A DNA stretch of 64,000 nt, taken from positions 40,796,001 to 40,860,000 of the forward strand of contig NC_083288.1 in the NCBI RefSeq assembly GCF_963506605.1. The letters are read 5' to 3'. Of the stretch, positions 48,906-60,628 are shown piece after piece. The notes beneath the pieces are model-generated. The model ran no database searches and was not told the origin of the DNA. It saw only the letters and a list, made by a program, of their open reading frames with translations. Within the stretch, counting starts at the first letter, position 1. Each line of letters opens with the position of its first letter. This DNA is from Zootoca vivipara. Lineage: Eukaryota. The position numbers were made by a program, and so were the translations under genes.

Positions 48906-50615
48906 CTTATCTCAAGTGTTATCTCAAGTTCGAACCTTAATGACCTTGCAGCTGGTTCTGTTCCGCAGTTTGTGATCTCATATATTCTAGCACCCGCCTA
49001 TACTTTAGTCCATTTAAGGTAATTAATTTAAGCGTTTAAGCTCTAATTAACAAGAGAACAATGGCTTCTTAATGGCGGCGTTGGAGGGTTTTTGGCAGGT
49101 GAAGTGCCTCAACCTCTAATATGATTGTCATCAATTAAAGAAAAATGTTGCTATGTTTTACCCACTGTTTGGTTACCATAGTAAATACATTGGGAACAAT
49201 CTATGAATGAAAATATTGCTGGCCGCCACCCCGTAAACTAGGTTTTCTTCGGTCTTGCTGTAGCCTTATTAGCTGATAAGGGTTCTTAAATTGTGCCCAG
49301 GCAGGGACAGAAACAGTCAATAACGACACCGGGGTTGAGTTCCATTCAGAGAAAGAGTTTAATTCTTATTAATAAGAGACTCTTGGTGATCAGCTCACGA
49401 CAAGAGTAAAGAAACACAAATTTGCAAAGCTTCTTATACACTTCTTGGGCTCCTTCCCCCCCCCTCTGTAAATGTGCGCACGCAAGGGGGTCACAAGTAC
49501 ATATAAGGAAGATCTGTATCCTGTCATAAACACATGCTGACTCAGCAATGCTACCCCGGTAGCATCCTCCAGCAGCCTTTAGTGGGGGCTTGCCAGTTCT
49601 GTGCGTCAGACTGATAGCGTCAGACAAGGCCAGCCATCCGGCCTTGATAGCAAGCTGGGCATCCTGTTCCTTTTGCTTACATTACACAGAGAGAGGCAAA
49701 GAAAAAAACATTTTAAGCAAGACATCCCAGGGATATTGGGGGGGGGGGGCTAAGCCATACACTCAGAATTATACAATGCAGGCAATGCAAACTATAGGAT
49801 CAGATCTAGCTCAACAACACAATTAAAAAACCTCTCCCTTCATTGCCTACGTTCTGCAAGTTGACTCATTTTTAATTATGTATGGGCTGTAGCTAAATGA
49901 AAACATAAATTCTGAAAATTAAAGCCTGTAACCTCAGACATCTTGGTATCCACTGTGTACGTAGCAAGGTAAACGTTGGTGCCCGTTCAGGTCTTCAAGC
50001 TAATTTCGTGAGTCATGTGAGTGGAACTGGGTTTTATTTATTTCTTAAATCTATCTGTCTAACTACACTATACTTTCATGGTTGTAATGGGGTGGAGGAA
50101 GAGATATGGGAATGGGGAAGGGCCACAACTCATTGCTAGGCAATACAGTTGTACCTTGGATCTCGAACTCCTTGCGAGTCGAACATTTTGGGTCCTGAAT
50201 GTTACAAACCCAGAAGTGAGTGTTTTGTTTTGTGAAAGTTCTTTGGAACCCGAACGTCTGACGCAACTTCCTCGGCTTCTGGCTGGCTGCAGGAGCTTCC
50301 TGAAGCCAATCGGAATCAGTGCCTTGGTTGCCGAACATTTGGAAGTGGAACGGACTTCTGGAATGGATTCCGTTTGACTTCTGAGGTACCACTGTACTGA
50401 AGTAGATGGGCCAATGTCTGACTACAGTATAATGCAGCCTCATAACTTCCTTTTTTCTGGATACAATTTATTAATTTTATAATAACAAAAAAGAACAACA
50501 AAGAAAGAACATCATAATCAAAAATTTAACTCATACATCTTAATTGACTTCCCTCCACTCCCCCTCTTGGTTCCATTATTTTATACTTATTCATGCACGT
50601 CTATGGAATCTTATA

Positions 50616-50835
50616 CAGTGGTACCTCTGGTTATGGATTTAATTCGTTTCGGGGTGCCGTGTGCAACCTTAAAAATCCCTAACTAGAGGTGCAGCTTCTT
50701 TGCACGCACGGGGCACAATAGAGCGCTTCTGTACACGCGTGAGCGGCGAAACCCGGAAGTATACACTCCCAGGGCGCTGCGGCTGTAACACAAAGATTCC
50801 ATAACCTGGAGGTTACGCAACACGAAGTACCACTG
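50616..50835. mobile_element. Tigger-type MITE nested in L1 debris
   Basis: TA|CAGTGGTAC...GTACCACTG|TA. Confidence 0.8.
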
Positions 50836-51910
50836 TATTCTTAACTGTTCAGTTTTAAAATCTTATTCATGTTGTTACAAGTGACCTTAAGAAGTTTGAC
50901 TAATGTAGAAACCTATACGCAAAGCTTGCAATATATGCCTCAAACATTTCCTCCCTTTTTTTGAAAAAACAATGTCCTTTTCTTTCTTGGGTTTCAAATT
51001 GTATTATATGTCCTGTATAGTTCATTAGTTTGTTTTGCCAATCTTCTTCATCTTCTTTGGTGGTGTCTTCTTCCTTCTACAGCGATGGCCTGGTCTTGGC
51101 CTGGTGTCCACTCTCAGTTGCAGGAACAAAGTCTTTTGCATGTTAAATCCGTTCAGTCCTGTACCTTTCAAAATGATAGCTTCTGGGTTGTTGTTTTTTT
51201 AAAAAAACACAAAAATAATTTTCAACTTTCTCTTCAAATCTTTATATGTCACTTCCCAGGCCTTCTTAATAACTTTACATGCCACCACATATAGTAGCCT
51301 CTCATACCATTTCCCCTTCCTTCCTGCTTCGTCTCCATCACAACCAAAGCCTCCCAAATCAATTCACATGAGGTCCATTTTTATCATGGACCACTCTTAC
51401 TTTCCCTTGCAGTTTCCTAGATCCTCCCACCTCCACCTTTCCCACCTTAGTAGTTTGTACATTCACCTCTTTGAATTCTCCACAGCCTCTGAAAGTAAAT
51501 TGGTGTTTTCCCAAACTTGAGAAGCTGCCTTTACACTATTTCCCCTTATTTCTTTTGTCTGTTCAAACAATTCGCTTTTAAATTCTAAAAGCAAATCGTA
51601 TAAAACATATTTCTCTTGTTTTACGACCTTGCTGGTTATTTTTCCTTTTGCCATTTCTAATTTGGGATGCAAATATTATATTCCTCTTTTCTTTTTTAAT
51701 CTTGATTTTTAACCACTGTTACCTTTTAATAGAATAAGTCCACAGTTAGAGTTCCTTAGGTTAGGAGTTTTCAATGCTCTGACACTCTGAAAGATCAAAA
51801 ACATCTTTCCCAAAAAATAATGTAGATTCAGAGGACCAGAGAGGAAATTTGTGGTATTTTTCCATAGAGTAACATGGCAGTCTTTCTCTGGTTTAGCCTC
51901 CATTTTAAGC

Positions 51911-52368
51911 TGTTGATAAGGCTCTATCACTAGGCATATTATCCAGCCCTGGAGATTGCTGAATCACTCTTCTGGGCATGTTGCCAGCTCTTAATTGCTA
52001 TGTGACCAGATGTGACTCACACAGTGAAAAAACCTCAACACCCCCTCACATCTGGTCATCAGAGCAATTAGTTCCTGAGCATATACAAAGTTTCTTTCAA
52101 CACACTTTGTTAAACAAACCCAAACTTTTACACATTTGTTCGTTCTTGACACTTGTTAGCGGTTTTGTCATCACATCTGCAATGTTCTGATCACTAGGCA
52201 CATATATACATTCAATTACATTCTTTTGTATATTGCATCTGACATTTTGGTCTTTAATTGACACATGTTTGGATTTTGATTTGAACTGGTCAGTATAACT
52301 CAATGCAATACAAGCTTGATTGTCAACAAACACTTTCACTGGTGCATCACATTTTATATCAAATCCAA
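51911..52368 (-). mobile_element. Ty1/copia remnant: RNase H C-terminus, PPT and ~130-bp 3' LTR (51911-52040)
   Basis: DNQACIAL...KSKHV...YVPSDQNIADVMTKPL...LGL; GAGGGGG|TGTTGA...TCAACA. Confidence 0.8.
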
Positions 52369-52370
52369 AC

Positions 52371-52437
52371 TCTTCTTCTTCTTCTTCTTCTTCTTCTTCT
52401 TCTTCTTCTTCTTCTTCTTCTTCTTCTTCTTCTTCTT
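52371..52437. repeat. (TTC)n microsatellite
   Basis: Direct reading. Confidence 0.95.
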
Positions 52438-52992
52438 GCTGCTGGTCGCTTATCTAACTCTTCCACCTTGTGACTCAGATAAGCAGACATGGAATACTTT
52501 GATTATGGGCATTGCCCTGAAGGATTGTACCCAGAAAAGGAGGCCACTTCATTGAGAAACTACGGGCGGGCACTTCTCAGCTTAACAGCTCACTGGATAC
52601 AGGTATAGCAGGTTTGAAGTAGGGTGACGAAAAATAGGGCCTCTTGATTCTATCCTCCTTTGGCCAGAGACAGGCAGGCAGACAGAGAAGGGCAAGAGAG
52701 AAGACTGGAAGCCAAATAAAGGAAACAGTAAGTTATTGTGTTTGATTGTTGTTGTATAAGAGCATAACAGTTATTGAAAGTTCACAGCAACCGTGGATCC
52801 ATTTCAGTTGATGAGAGGTGGGAGTAAAAATCTACACAGAATTAACACTGGAAACTTTAAGCACATTATACCTAAATGAATCTTGGGTAGGGCTTTTAAT
52901 GTTTAATAGATTATTTTATTTCATTTTTCTGTTGGAAGCCACCCAGAGTGGCTCGGGAAACCCAGGCAGATGGGTGGGGTATAAATAATATA

Positions 52993-53035
<43 letters not shown>

Positions 53036-54070
53036 TATTATTATTATTATTATTTCTGACATGGGCTGCCATATGGTGAGTTTTTTCTGGACATTTCAGC
53101 AAATTCCACCCAGACACTGGCCAAATCCCACCTGTGTCCGGGAAAGTCTAGACATATGGCAACCCTAATCTTGGGTAAAGAAAAGAGAACATTACATGCT
53201 TATAGGTCTTTTTCAGACAGAACTCCCTGGAACTCAGTCCTGGCACCTCTCATGAAGGCACCATTGCCATTCAAAGAGAAGAAGAGAGGTGTTCGTGATG
53301 AGTTCTGGCACCTCTTTTTCTAGAAAAATAGCATTGCATGCTTGGGAAGCATAAGTAGAATGTAAAACATGCTGTTGCGTGCCAGGGCCCCCATTATTAT
53401 CCACCTAATGGACAATAAACACACAGACACAAGTATTTTGGTTTATGGGCTCAAATAGGCCACAACTTTATTAGTTACAGATGTGAGCGGTTTCGCTTAG
53501 GCATTGGGTGAAGCCAGGCTATATCTTGACTCCTGCCCATATGCTGGGAGTCATAGGGTGCCCCCTAACGGTGGTTTACCCTTAGATGAAGGGTAAACCA
53601 CCTTTAGGGGGCACCCTATGATTGACATCAAATAGGGACACCCTGAGGGGTTCCCTAGTAGGGGTTGTGACATGGCCCTAGCCCACGTCCCGGCTTTGTA
53701 CAGAATCCACAACCCCAGGATACCCTTACTTAGGACGCTCGGAAGTGTCATTCAACCGGATATCATTGAAGTGTCATTGCCGACATAGGCAAGGTGTATA
53801 CTCCGTCATTGCGAGACAAGGCTTCCTTGTTGAAGGTGATGGCAGGTGATTGCTTTCTTTCTGGCTCTATTAATGGCCAGAAATGAAAGCTTAGACCATT
53901 GTTTAAGCTTTGTTTAAGCATTGTTCAAGCTGCCCACCGGGAAAGGTGAGCAGATTTATTTTAAGGGGAATACTTTTTTTTTTTAAGAGGGGTGAACATA
54001 CAGCGTTAAACCACTAGATGGGGGAGCTGTTGTGTGTACGAATTGCAACATGCAAAAGTGACTCCGATTT

Positions 54071-55960
54071 GTTGTTGTTGTTGTTTAGTCGTTTAGTCGT
54101 GTCCGACTCTTCGTGACCCCATGGACCATAGCACGCCAGGCACTCCTGTCTTGCACTGCCTCCCGCAGTTTGGTCAAACTCATGTTCGTAGCTTCGAGAA
54201 CACTGTCCAACCATCTCGTCCTCTGTCTTCCCCTTCTCCTAGTGCCCTCAATCTTTCCCAACATCAGGGTCTTTTCCAAGGATTCTTCTCTTCTCATGAG
54301 GTGGCCAAAGTATTGGAGCCTCAGCTTCACAATCTGTCCTTCCAGGGAGCACTCAGGGCTGATTTCCTTAAGAATGGATAGGTTTGATCGTCTTGCAGTC
54401 CATGGGACTCTCAAGAGTCTCCTCCAGCACCATAATTCAAAAGCATCAATTCTTCGGCGATCAGCCTTCTTTATGGTCCAGCTCTCACTTCCATACATCA
54501 CTACTGGGAAAACCATAGCTTTAACTATACGGACCTTTGTCGGCAAGGTGATGTCTCTGCTTTTTAAGATGCTGTCTAGGTTTGTCATTGCTTTTCTCCC
54601 AAGAAGCAGGTGTCTTTTAATTTCGTGACTGCTGTCACCATCTGCAGTGATCAAGGAGCCCAAGAAAGTAAAATCTCTCACTGCCTCCATTTCTTCCCCT
54701 TCTATTTGCCAGGAGGTGATGGGACCAGTGGCCATGATCTTGGTTTTTTTGATGTTGAGCTTCAGACCATATTTTGCACTCTCCTCTTTCACCCTCATTA
54801 AAAGGTTCTTTAATTCCTCCTCACTTTCTGCCATTAAGGTTGTGTCATCTGCATATCTGAGGTTGTTGATATTTCTTCCGGCAATCTTAATTCCGGTTTG
54901 GGATTCATCTAGTCCAGCCTTTCGCATGATGAATTCTGCATATAAGTTAAATAAGCAGGGAGACAATATACAACCTTGTCGTACTCCTTTCCCAATTTTG
55001 AACCAATCAGTTGTTCCATATCCAGTTCTAACTGTAGCTTCTTGTCCCACATAGAGATTTCTCAGGAGACAGATGAGGTGATCAGGCACTCCCATTTCTT
55101 TAAGACCTTGCCATAGTTTGCTGTGGTCGACACAGTCAAAGGCTTTTGCATAGTCAATGAAGCAGAAGTAGACGTTTTTCTGGAACTCTCTAGCTTTCTC
55201 CATAATCCAGCGCATGTTTGCTATTTGGTCTCTGGTTCCTCTGCCCTTTCGAAATCCAGCTTGCACTTCTGGGAGTTCTCGGTCCACATACTGCCTAAGC
55301 CTGCCTTGTAGAATTTTAAGCATAACCTTGCTAGCGTGTGAAATGAGTGCAATTGTGCGGTAGTTGGAGCATTCTTTGGCACTGCCCTTCTTTGGGATTG
55401 GGATGTAGACTGATCTTCTCCAATCCTCTGGCCATTGCTGAGCTTTCCAAACTTGCTGGCATATTGGGTGTAGCACCTTAACAGCATCATCTTTTAAAAT
55501 TTTAAATAGTTCAGCTGGAATATCATCACTTCCACTGGCCTTGTTATTAGCAGTGCTTTCTAAGGCCCATTTGACTTCACTCTCCAAGATGTCTGGCTCA
55601 AGGTCAGCAACCACACTACCTGGGGTAGTGTCTTTCTGGTATAATTCCTCTGTGTATTCTTGCCACCTCTTCTTGATGTCTTCTGCTTCTGTTAGGTCCT
55701 TACCACTTTTGTCCTTTATTATGGTAATCTTTGTACGAAATGTTCCTTTCATATCTCCAATTTTCTTGAACAGATCTCTGGTTTTCCCCATTCTATTGTT
55801 TTCCTCTATTTCTTTGCATTGCTCATTTAAGAAGACCCTCTTGTCTCTCCTTGCTGTTTTTTGGAAATCTGCATTTAGTTTCCTGTAACTTTCCCTATCT
55901 CCCTTGCATTTTGCTTGTCTCCTCTCCTCCGCTATTTGTAAACATGCCTTACAAATAGCG
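54071..55960 (-). mobile_element. 5'-truncated RTE-BovB LINE with an open ~620-codon RT region
   Basis: QAGFRKGRG, FIDYAKAFD, GVRQGCILSP, LRYADD; (CAA)n tail; TSD GACTCCGATTT at 54060-54070 and 55961-55971. Confidence 0.95.
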
Positions 55961-56001
55961 GACTCCGATTTAGGTCTCATTAAATGCTACTCATTAAGTG
56001 C

Positions 56002-56493
56002 TTCCCAGTAGTGATGTATGGAAGTGAGAGCTGGACCATAAATGCTACTCATTAAATGCTTCCCAGTAGTGATGTATGGAAGTGAGAGCTGGACCATAAT
56101 AAGGCTGATCGCCGAAGAACTGATGCTTTTGAATTATGGTGCTGGAGGAGACTCTTGAGAGTCCCATGGACTGCAAGCAGATCAAACCTCTCCATTCTGA
56201 AGGAAATCAGCCCTGAGTGCTCACTGGAAGGACAGATCGTGAAGCTGAGGCTCCAATACTTTGGCCACCTCATGAGAAGAGAAGACTCCCTGGAAAAGAC
56301 CCTGATGTTGGGAAAGATTGAGGGCACTAGGAGAAGGGGAACGACAGAGGATGAGATGGTTGGACAGTGTTCTCGAAGCTACCAACATGAGTCTGACCAA
56401 ACTGTGGGAGGCAGTGGAAGACAGGAGTGCCTGGCGTGCTCTGGTCCATGGGGTCATGAGGAGTCGGAAATGACTAAACAACTAAACAACAGC
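56002..56493 (+). mobile_element. Second RTE-BovB 3' fragment, opposite orientation
   Basis: TSD AAATGCTACT (55982, 56494); 58-bp tandem duplication at the 5' junction. Confidence 0.9.
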
Positions 56494-56924
56494 AAATGCT
56501 ACTGCGAATGGAGAAATGAGTTAAACTGTATGTTTCAAAGTTCCGTTTATTGAAAAGGCTGTGTGAAAAGATTGATTATTTCAGGCAAATTTAGCAACAG
56601 TTTTCATGCCTACATGTTAGAGTGAATATCCCTTCTCCCCACAATCACCAGCCCCCATAGATTTATCTTCTATGGACAGTGAGGTGGGAGCACACAATCC
56701 TGAATATGGCAACTTCAGAACCCCCCAAGGCATTACTTCACCCCCACATAATATCCAACACATACATTTTTTCTAAAATGCGAATGAAATACTAAGCACA
56801 GGAATTTGCATATCATGAGGACTGTCCCTTGTAAATGTAGATAGATGTACATTTTCTCTGTCTCTGGCCAAAGGAGGATAGAATCAAGAGACCCTCTTTT
56901 TCATCACCCTACTTCAAACCTGCT

Positions 56925-57360
56925 AGGCCTACATTGGCTCACAGTACATTTCCAAGCACAATTCAAAGTGTTGGTGTTGACCTTTGAAGCCCTAAACAGC
57001 CTCTGTCCAGTATACCTGAAGGAGCGTCTCCACTCCGATCGTTCTGCCCGGACACTGAGGTCCAGTGCCGAGGGCCTTTTGGTGGTCTCCTCACTACGAG
57101 AAGCCAAGTTACAGGGAACCAGACAGAGGGCCTTCTCGGTAGTGGCATCCGCCCTGTGGAACGCCCTCCCACCAGATGTCAAAGAGAAAAACAACTAGCA
57201 GACTTTTAGAAGACATCTGAAGGCAGCCCTGTTTAGGGAAGCTTTTAATGTTTAATAGATTATTGCATTTTTATGTTCTGTTCTGTTGGAAGCCACCCAG
57301 AGTGGCTGGGGAAACTCAGCCAGATGGGCGGGGTATAATAATAATAATAATAATAATAAT
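56925..57360 (+). mobile_element. L2 3' fragment with (TAA)n tail
   Basis: [15 protein letters not shown]...LWNALP. Confidence 0.85.
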
Positions 57361-57892
57361 CCCCTCTCTATGGTTTAGGGTCAGAGCTGGAGCTCAGATT
57401 CATTCATTCAGTCCCTTGCTCAGATCTCACTTCAGCCATAAACTTACTTGGATTATACAAATATCCTATCTCTTCGCTGCATCTTCCTGGCCCTCAACAA
57501 TGGTCTAAGCTTCTTGTCTTACGTAGCAAAATCCCAGAGGCATGGTGGGTAATTTAATACAATAGCCAGCATCAGTAAGGTGGATGATGTTAATTTTTTC
57601 ACTGCCTGCATTTGAAATTTGTCCCGTTGTCAAAAACATAATAGCCAAAAGTCTACCCACTTGTGAAGGGTGTGCACAAATGGAGTGGTGATGCGGTATA
57701 AAATACATTGTGTGGATACTGTCTTCCGTAGACTGTTGTTGCATGACAGTGGTCACGTACTGTGAAATGCTGACTCACCACATTGTCATTTATCAAGTAC
57801 TGACTGGCAAGTGTCAATATTCACATGGATATGCAATCATGACTAGACAACATCCACTACAACATTTGCAGATGTGAATTTGAAAGGATATA

Positions 57893-58142
57893 CAGTCGTA
57901 CGTTGGAAGTTGAACGGAATCCATTCCGGAAGTCCATTTGACTTCCAAAATGTTTAGAAACAAAAGCACAGCTTCTGATTGGGTACAGGAAGCTCCTGTA
58001 GCCAATTGGAAGTCGCAAAAGCCCCGTTGGACGTTTGCGTTCCAAAGAACGTTCGCAAACCGGAACAGTCACTTCTGGGTTTGTGGCATTCGGCAGACAA
58101 AACTTCCAAGTTCCAGGGTGTTTGGGATCCACGGTATGACTG
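57893..58142. mobile_element. Tigger-type MITE
   Basis: TA|CAGTCGTAC...GTATGACTG|TA; absent from the paralog C intron. Confidence 0.85.
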
Positions 58143-58258
58143 TACTGTACAGTATTCATTTGAACTCCAAGCTGTTTCACAAAGTACCCTGAAAGAAAGC
58201 ATTTATACACCCACTTTCCTTTTCCCCCCAGATATCTCTTTCCAGTGGTGCCTTGAGG

Positions 58259-58735
58259 ATGCCTTTCAAGGGGTCTGGCCTTATGTTTCTCATCTCCCTG
58301 GTGTCTGTGCTGGTCCTGGGAGTCTATTGCCAAGCCGGCTATCAGAAGTTCGTTACCCAGCACTACGATAATCCCAAGAGCAGTGTCGGCAAGCAGTATT
58401 GTGACGTCATGATGAAAAGACGCGGGCTGGACAAACCAGCATGCAAGCAAGTGAACACCTTCATCCACGACACCAAGAAGAACATCATAGCTGTGTGCAC
58501 TGCATCTGGAGGGAAGGATTACGGGAAAGGGCTGAGGATCAGCCTCCGCCCCTTCACTGTCACCACCTGCAAGCTCAAAGGTGGCTCAAGTCGCCCACCT
58601 TGCAAATATTCTGATAACAAATCATCCAGATACATCGTCATTGCCTGCCAGGATGGGAAGCCTGTGCACTTTGATGAAGGCATCATTGTAAGAGAGGATT
58701 TTCAAGGCCCAGATAAAAAATGTTCAGCATTCTAA
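58259..58735 (+). CDS. Angiogenin-like ribonuclease (gene D), 158 aa, close inverted paralog of gene C
   Basis: Acceptor ttccag at 58245; FVTQHYD, KRRGL, CKQVNTFIH, PVHFDE; AATAAA at 58924. Confidence 0.95.
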   Translation: MPFKGSGLMFLISLVSVLVLGVYCQAGYQKFVTQHYDNPKSSVGKQYCDVMMKRRGLDKPACKQVNTFIHDTKKNIIAVCTASGGKDYGKGLRISLRPFTVTTCKLKGGSSRPPCKYSDNKSSRYIVIACQDGKPVHFDEGIIVREDFQGPDKKCSAF

Positions 58736-59170
58736 TGATCATGTTCACCTTCACTGAAAATGTTTGATTTCTTTAAAAGTTTCCAGTTCTAAAACTGAAC
58801 CAAAAAGAAATGTTTAACAGAGTCTTTGCTTATTGTTAATTACCTTGCTGATTTCCTGCATATGTATCTTTCCTGTGTCTGAGCCCTGAAAGCTCAAGGG
58901 TGTGTGTTTCTAATGCATGTGGAAATAAAAATGGCCTGCTTTAATCACCCGTATCCATACCTGGTTTTTTTTTTCATTTAGTCTTTTTATTTTATACATA
59001 AATACATACATCAAATATACAAAGAAATAGAATAAAAGCATACAAAGAAAAAAAGAAAAAAGCCTCAAAAACAAACATTTTCAAATACACTTCTATGTAG
59101 GGAGTGCAAAGCCATCTTTTTGGCTTGACTCCTTGATTCTTAACATGACTTCCCACTGCCCATGAACATA

Positions 59171-59507
59171 CAGTGGAACCTCGGTTTATGAACACCTTGG
59201 TTTGCGAATTTTCGGTTTACGAACGCCGCGGACCCATCTGGAACAGATTAATTCACTTTTCATTACTTTCAAAGGGAAAGTTCGCTTCAGTTTATGAATG
59301 CTTCAGTGTATGAACAGACTTCCGGAACCAATTACACCCATGCTTCGGGTTAAGTACGCTTCAGGTTGAGTACTCTGCGGACCCGTCTGGAACGGATTAA
59401 TCCACTTTCCATTACTTTCAATGGGAAAGTTCGCTTCAGTTTATGAATGCTTCCGTTTATGACCAGACTTCCGGAACCAATTGTGTTTATAAACCGAGGT
59501 ACCACTG
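59171..59507. mobile_element. Tigger-type MITE with 2 internal subunits
   Basis: Same family as 45715-46381. Confidence 0.9.
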
Positions 59508-60628
59508 TACTTAATAATTCCTTTTTCTCAAAATCTGTATTCAGTTGGTAAGTCTGTGGAGAAACATTCTGATTGCCAGTGGGATTTTAATCTACACTAA
59601 GCCAAGTGATGATCTGGGAATCTCCTCTATTCTTATAATTTATATATGATTCAGAGATTTCTGAACAAACAATGTTTATGCAGGGAAAATGTTTATTTTA
59701 GCAAAGTCAGAAAGGCCTGTAAACTCAGACATTGAGGACAATAAGCCACAACATACAAGAGCTATGTAGAAACTAGTTAACAAGAAAGGGACTTGAGGAC
59801 TTGGCCAACATGGTGGACTCAACTCAAAGGAACTCTTGAAATTCCCCAGGGTTTCTGGACCCTACCAGCTGTTGGTCTTAGATTACGAACACCCAGCCTT
59901 GGCTGGCGCCATCCTGCGTCTTCTGGAGCTCATTCTGCACTAAACTGTTGCATTGCGAAGTGCTCTAGTTCATTGATCTAGGAAATAAGTTGTTAGTTTA
60001 TGCTGAGTTGTTCAGCTGAGAAGTACCCCTAGTTTCTCAATGAAGTGGCCTCCTTTTCTGGGTACAATCCTTTAAACATAAACCAAGTCAGTTTGCTATG
60101 CATGCAGCAATAAATCAGGGAAATGCCCATAACCAAATATTCCATGTCTGCTTATCTGAGTCACAAGGTGGAAGAGTTAGAAAAGAGGCTGGGTTTTAAT
60201 AAGTGACCAGGGACACTGCAAATAACTGCTTTGTCCCACAGCAGCAAGAATCATGAGAAAAGGAATGAGATCACACTTATAATCTGCAAAGTGAGGTAGG
60301 AGATGAGCGGTGAGCCAAAGTGGAGGCCCAAAGTGATCAGAGTGGCCTTTTCACCCTCAAGAAGGAAGGAATCCTGGTGGGAATCCAATGGTGACTGTGA
60401 ACAGGTAAAATAGATTATGGGAAAGAATTAAGGAAATGGATTTCTTCAACTTCTCCTTCTTGCAGTCCTCTTGCCTTTGCCAAGACCTGCCCTGGAAGAT
60501 TGTAGGACTACCTTGAGAGGTTTCTTGGGAGGGATGCAGTGCAGGAGGGGGAAAGTGGAGGGGGCTCCTGAGTGTCGAAGAGGATGGTTTATTGCCTAAG
60601 CAGAAGTCTGCTTGTGGAACAATGACAT

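Larger units (their letters stand above)
50020..52592 (+). pseudogene. Inverted ghost duplicate of RNase-like gene E; coding exon replaced by L1/copia debris
   Basis: 50020-50441 is the reverse-complement homolog of ~61211-61613 (shared MITE 50146-50394 = 61268-61516); 52453-52592 is the homolog of ~60004-60183. Confidence 0.75.

Noticed and set aside
49259-49820. Possible solo LTR
   Set aside because: LTR-like composition but I could not fix TG..CA ends with a TSD.
53373-53820. Possible solo LTR acting as promoter for gene D
   Set aside because: No convincing TSD; exon 1 of D (donor candidates at 53946 or 54058) cannot be decided without transcripts.
54085-55980. 631-aa ORF as an autonomous LINE or domesticated gene
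   Set aside because: 5'-truncated, no endonuclease domain; the ATG comes from flanking DNA across the TSD.
58721-58735. CSAF as a CaaX prenylation signal
   Set aside because: Protein has a signal peptide and enters the secretory pathway, away from cytosolic prenyltransferases.
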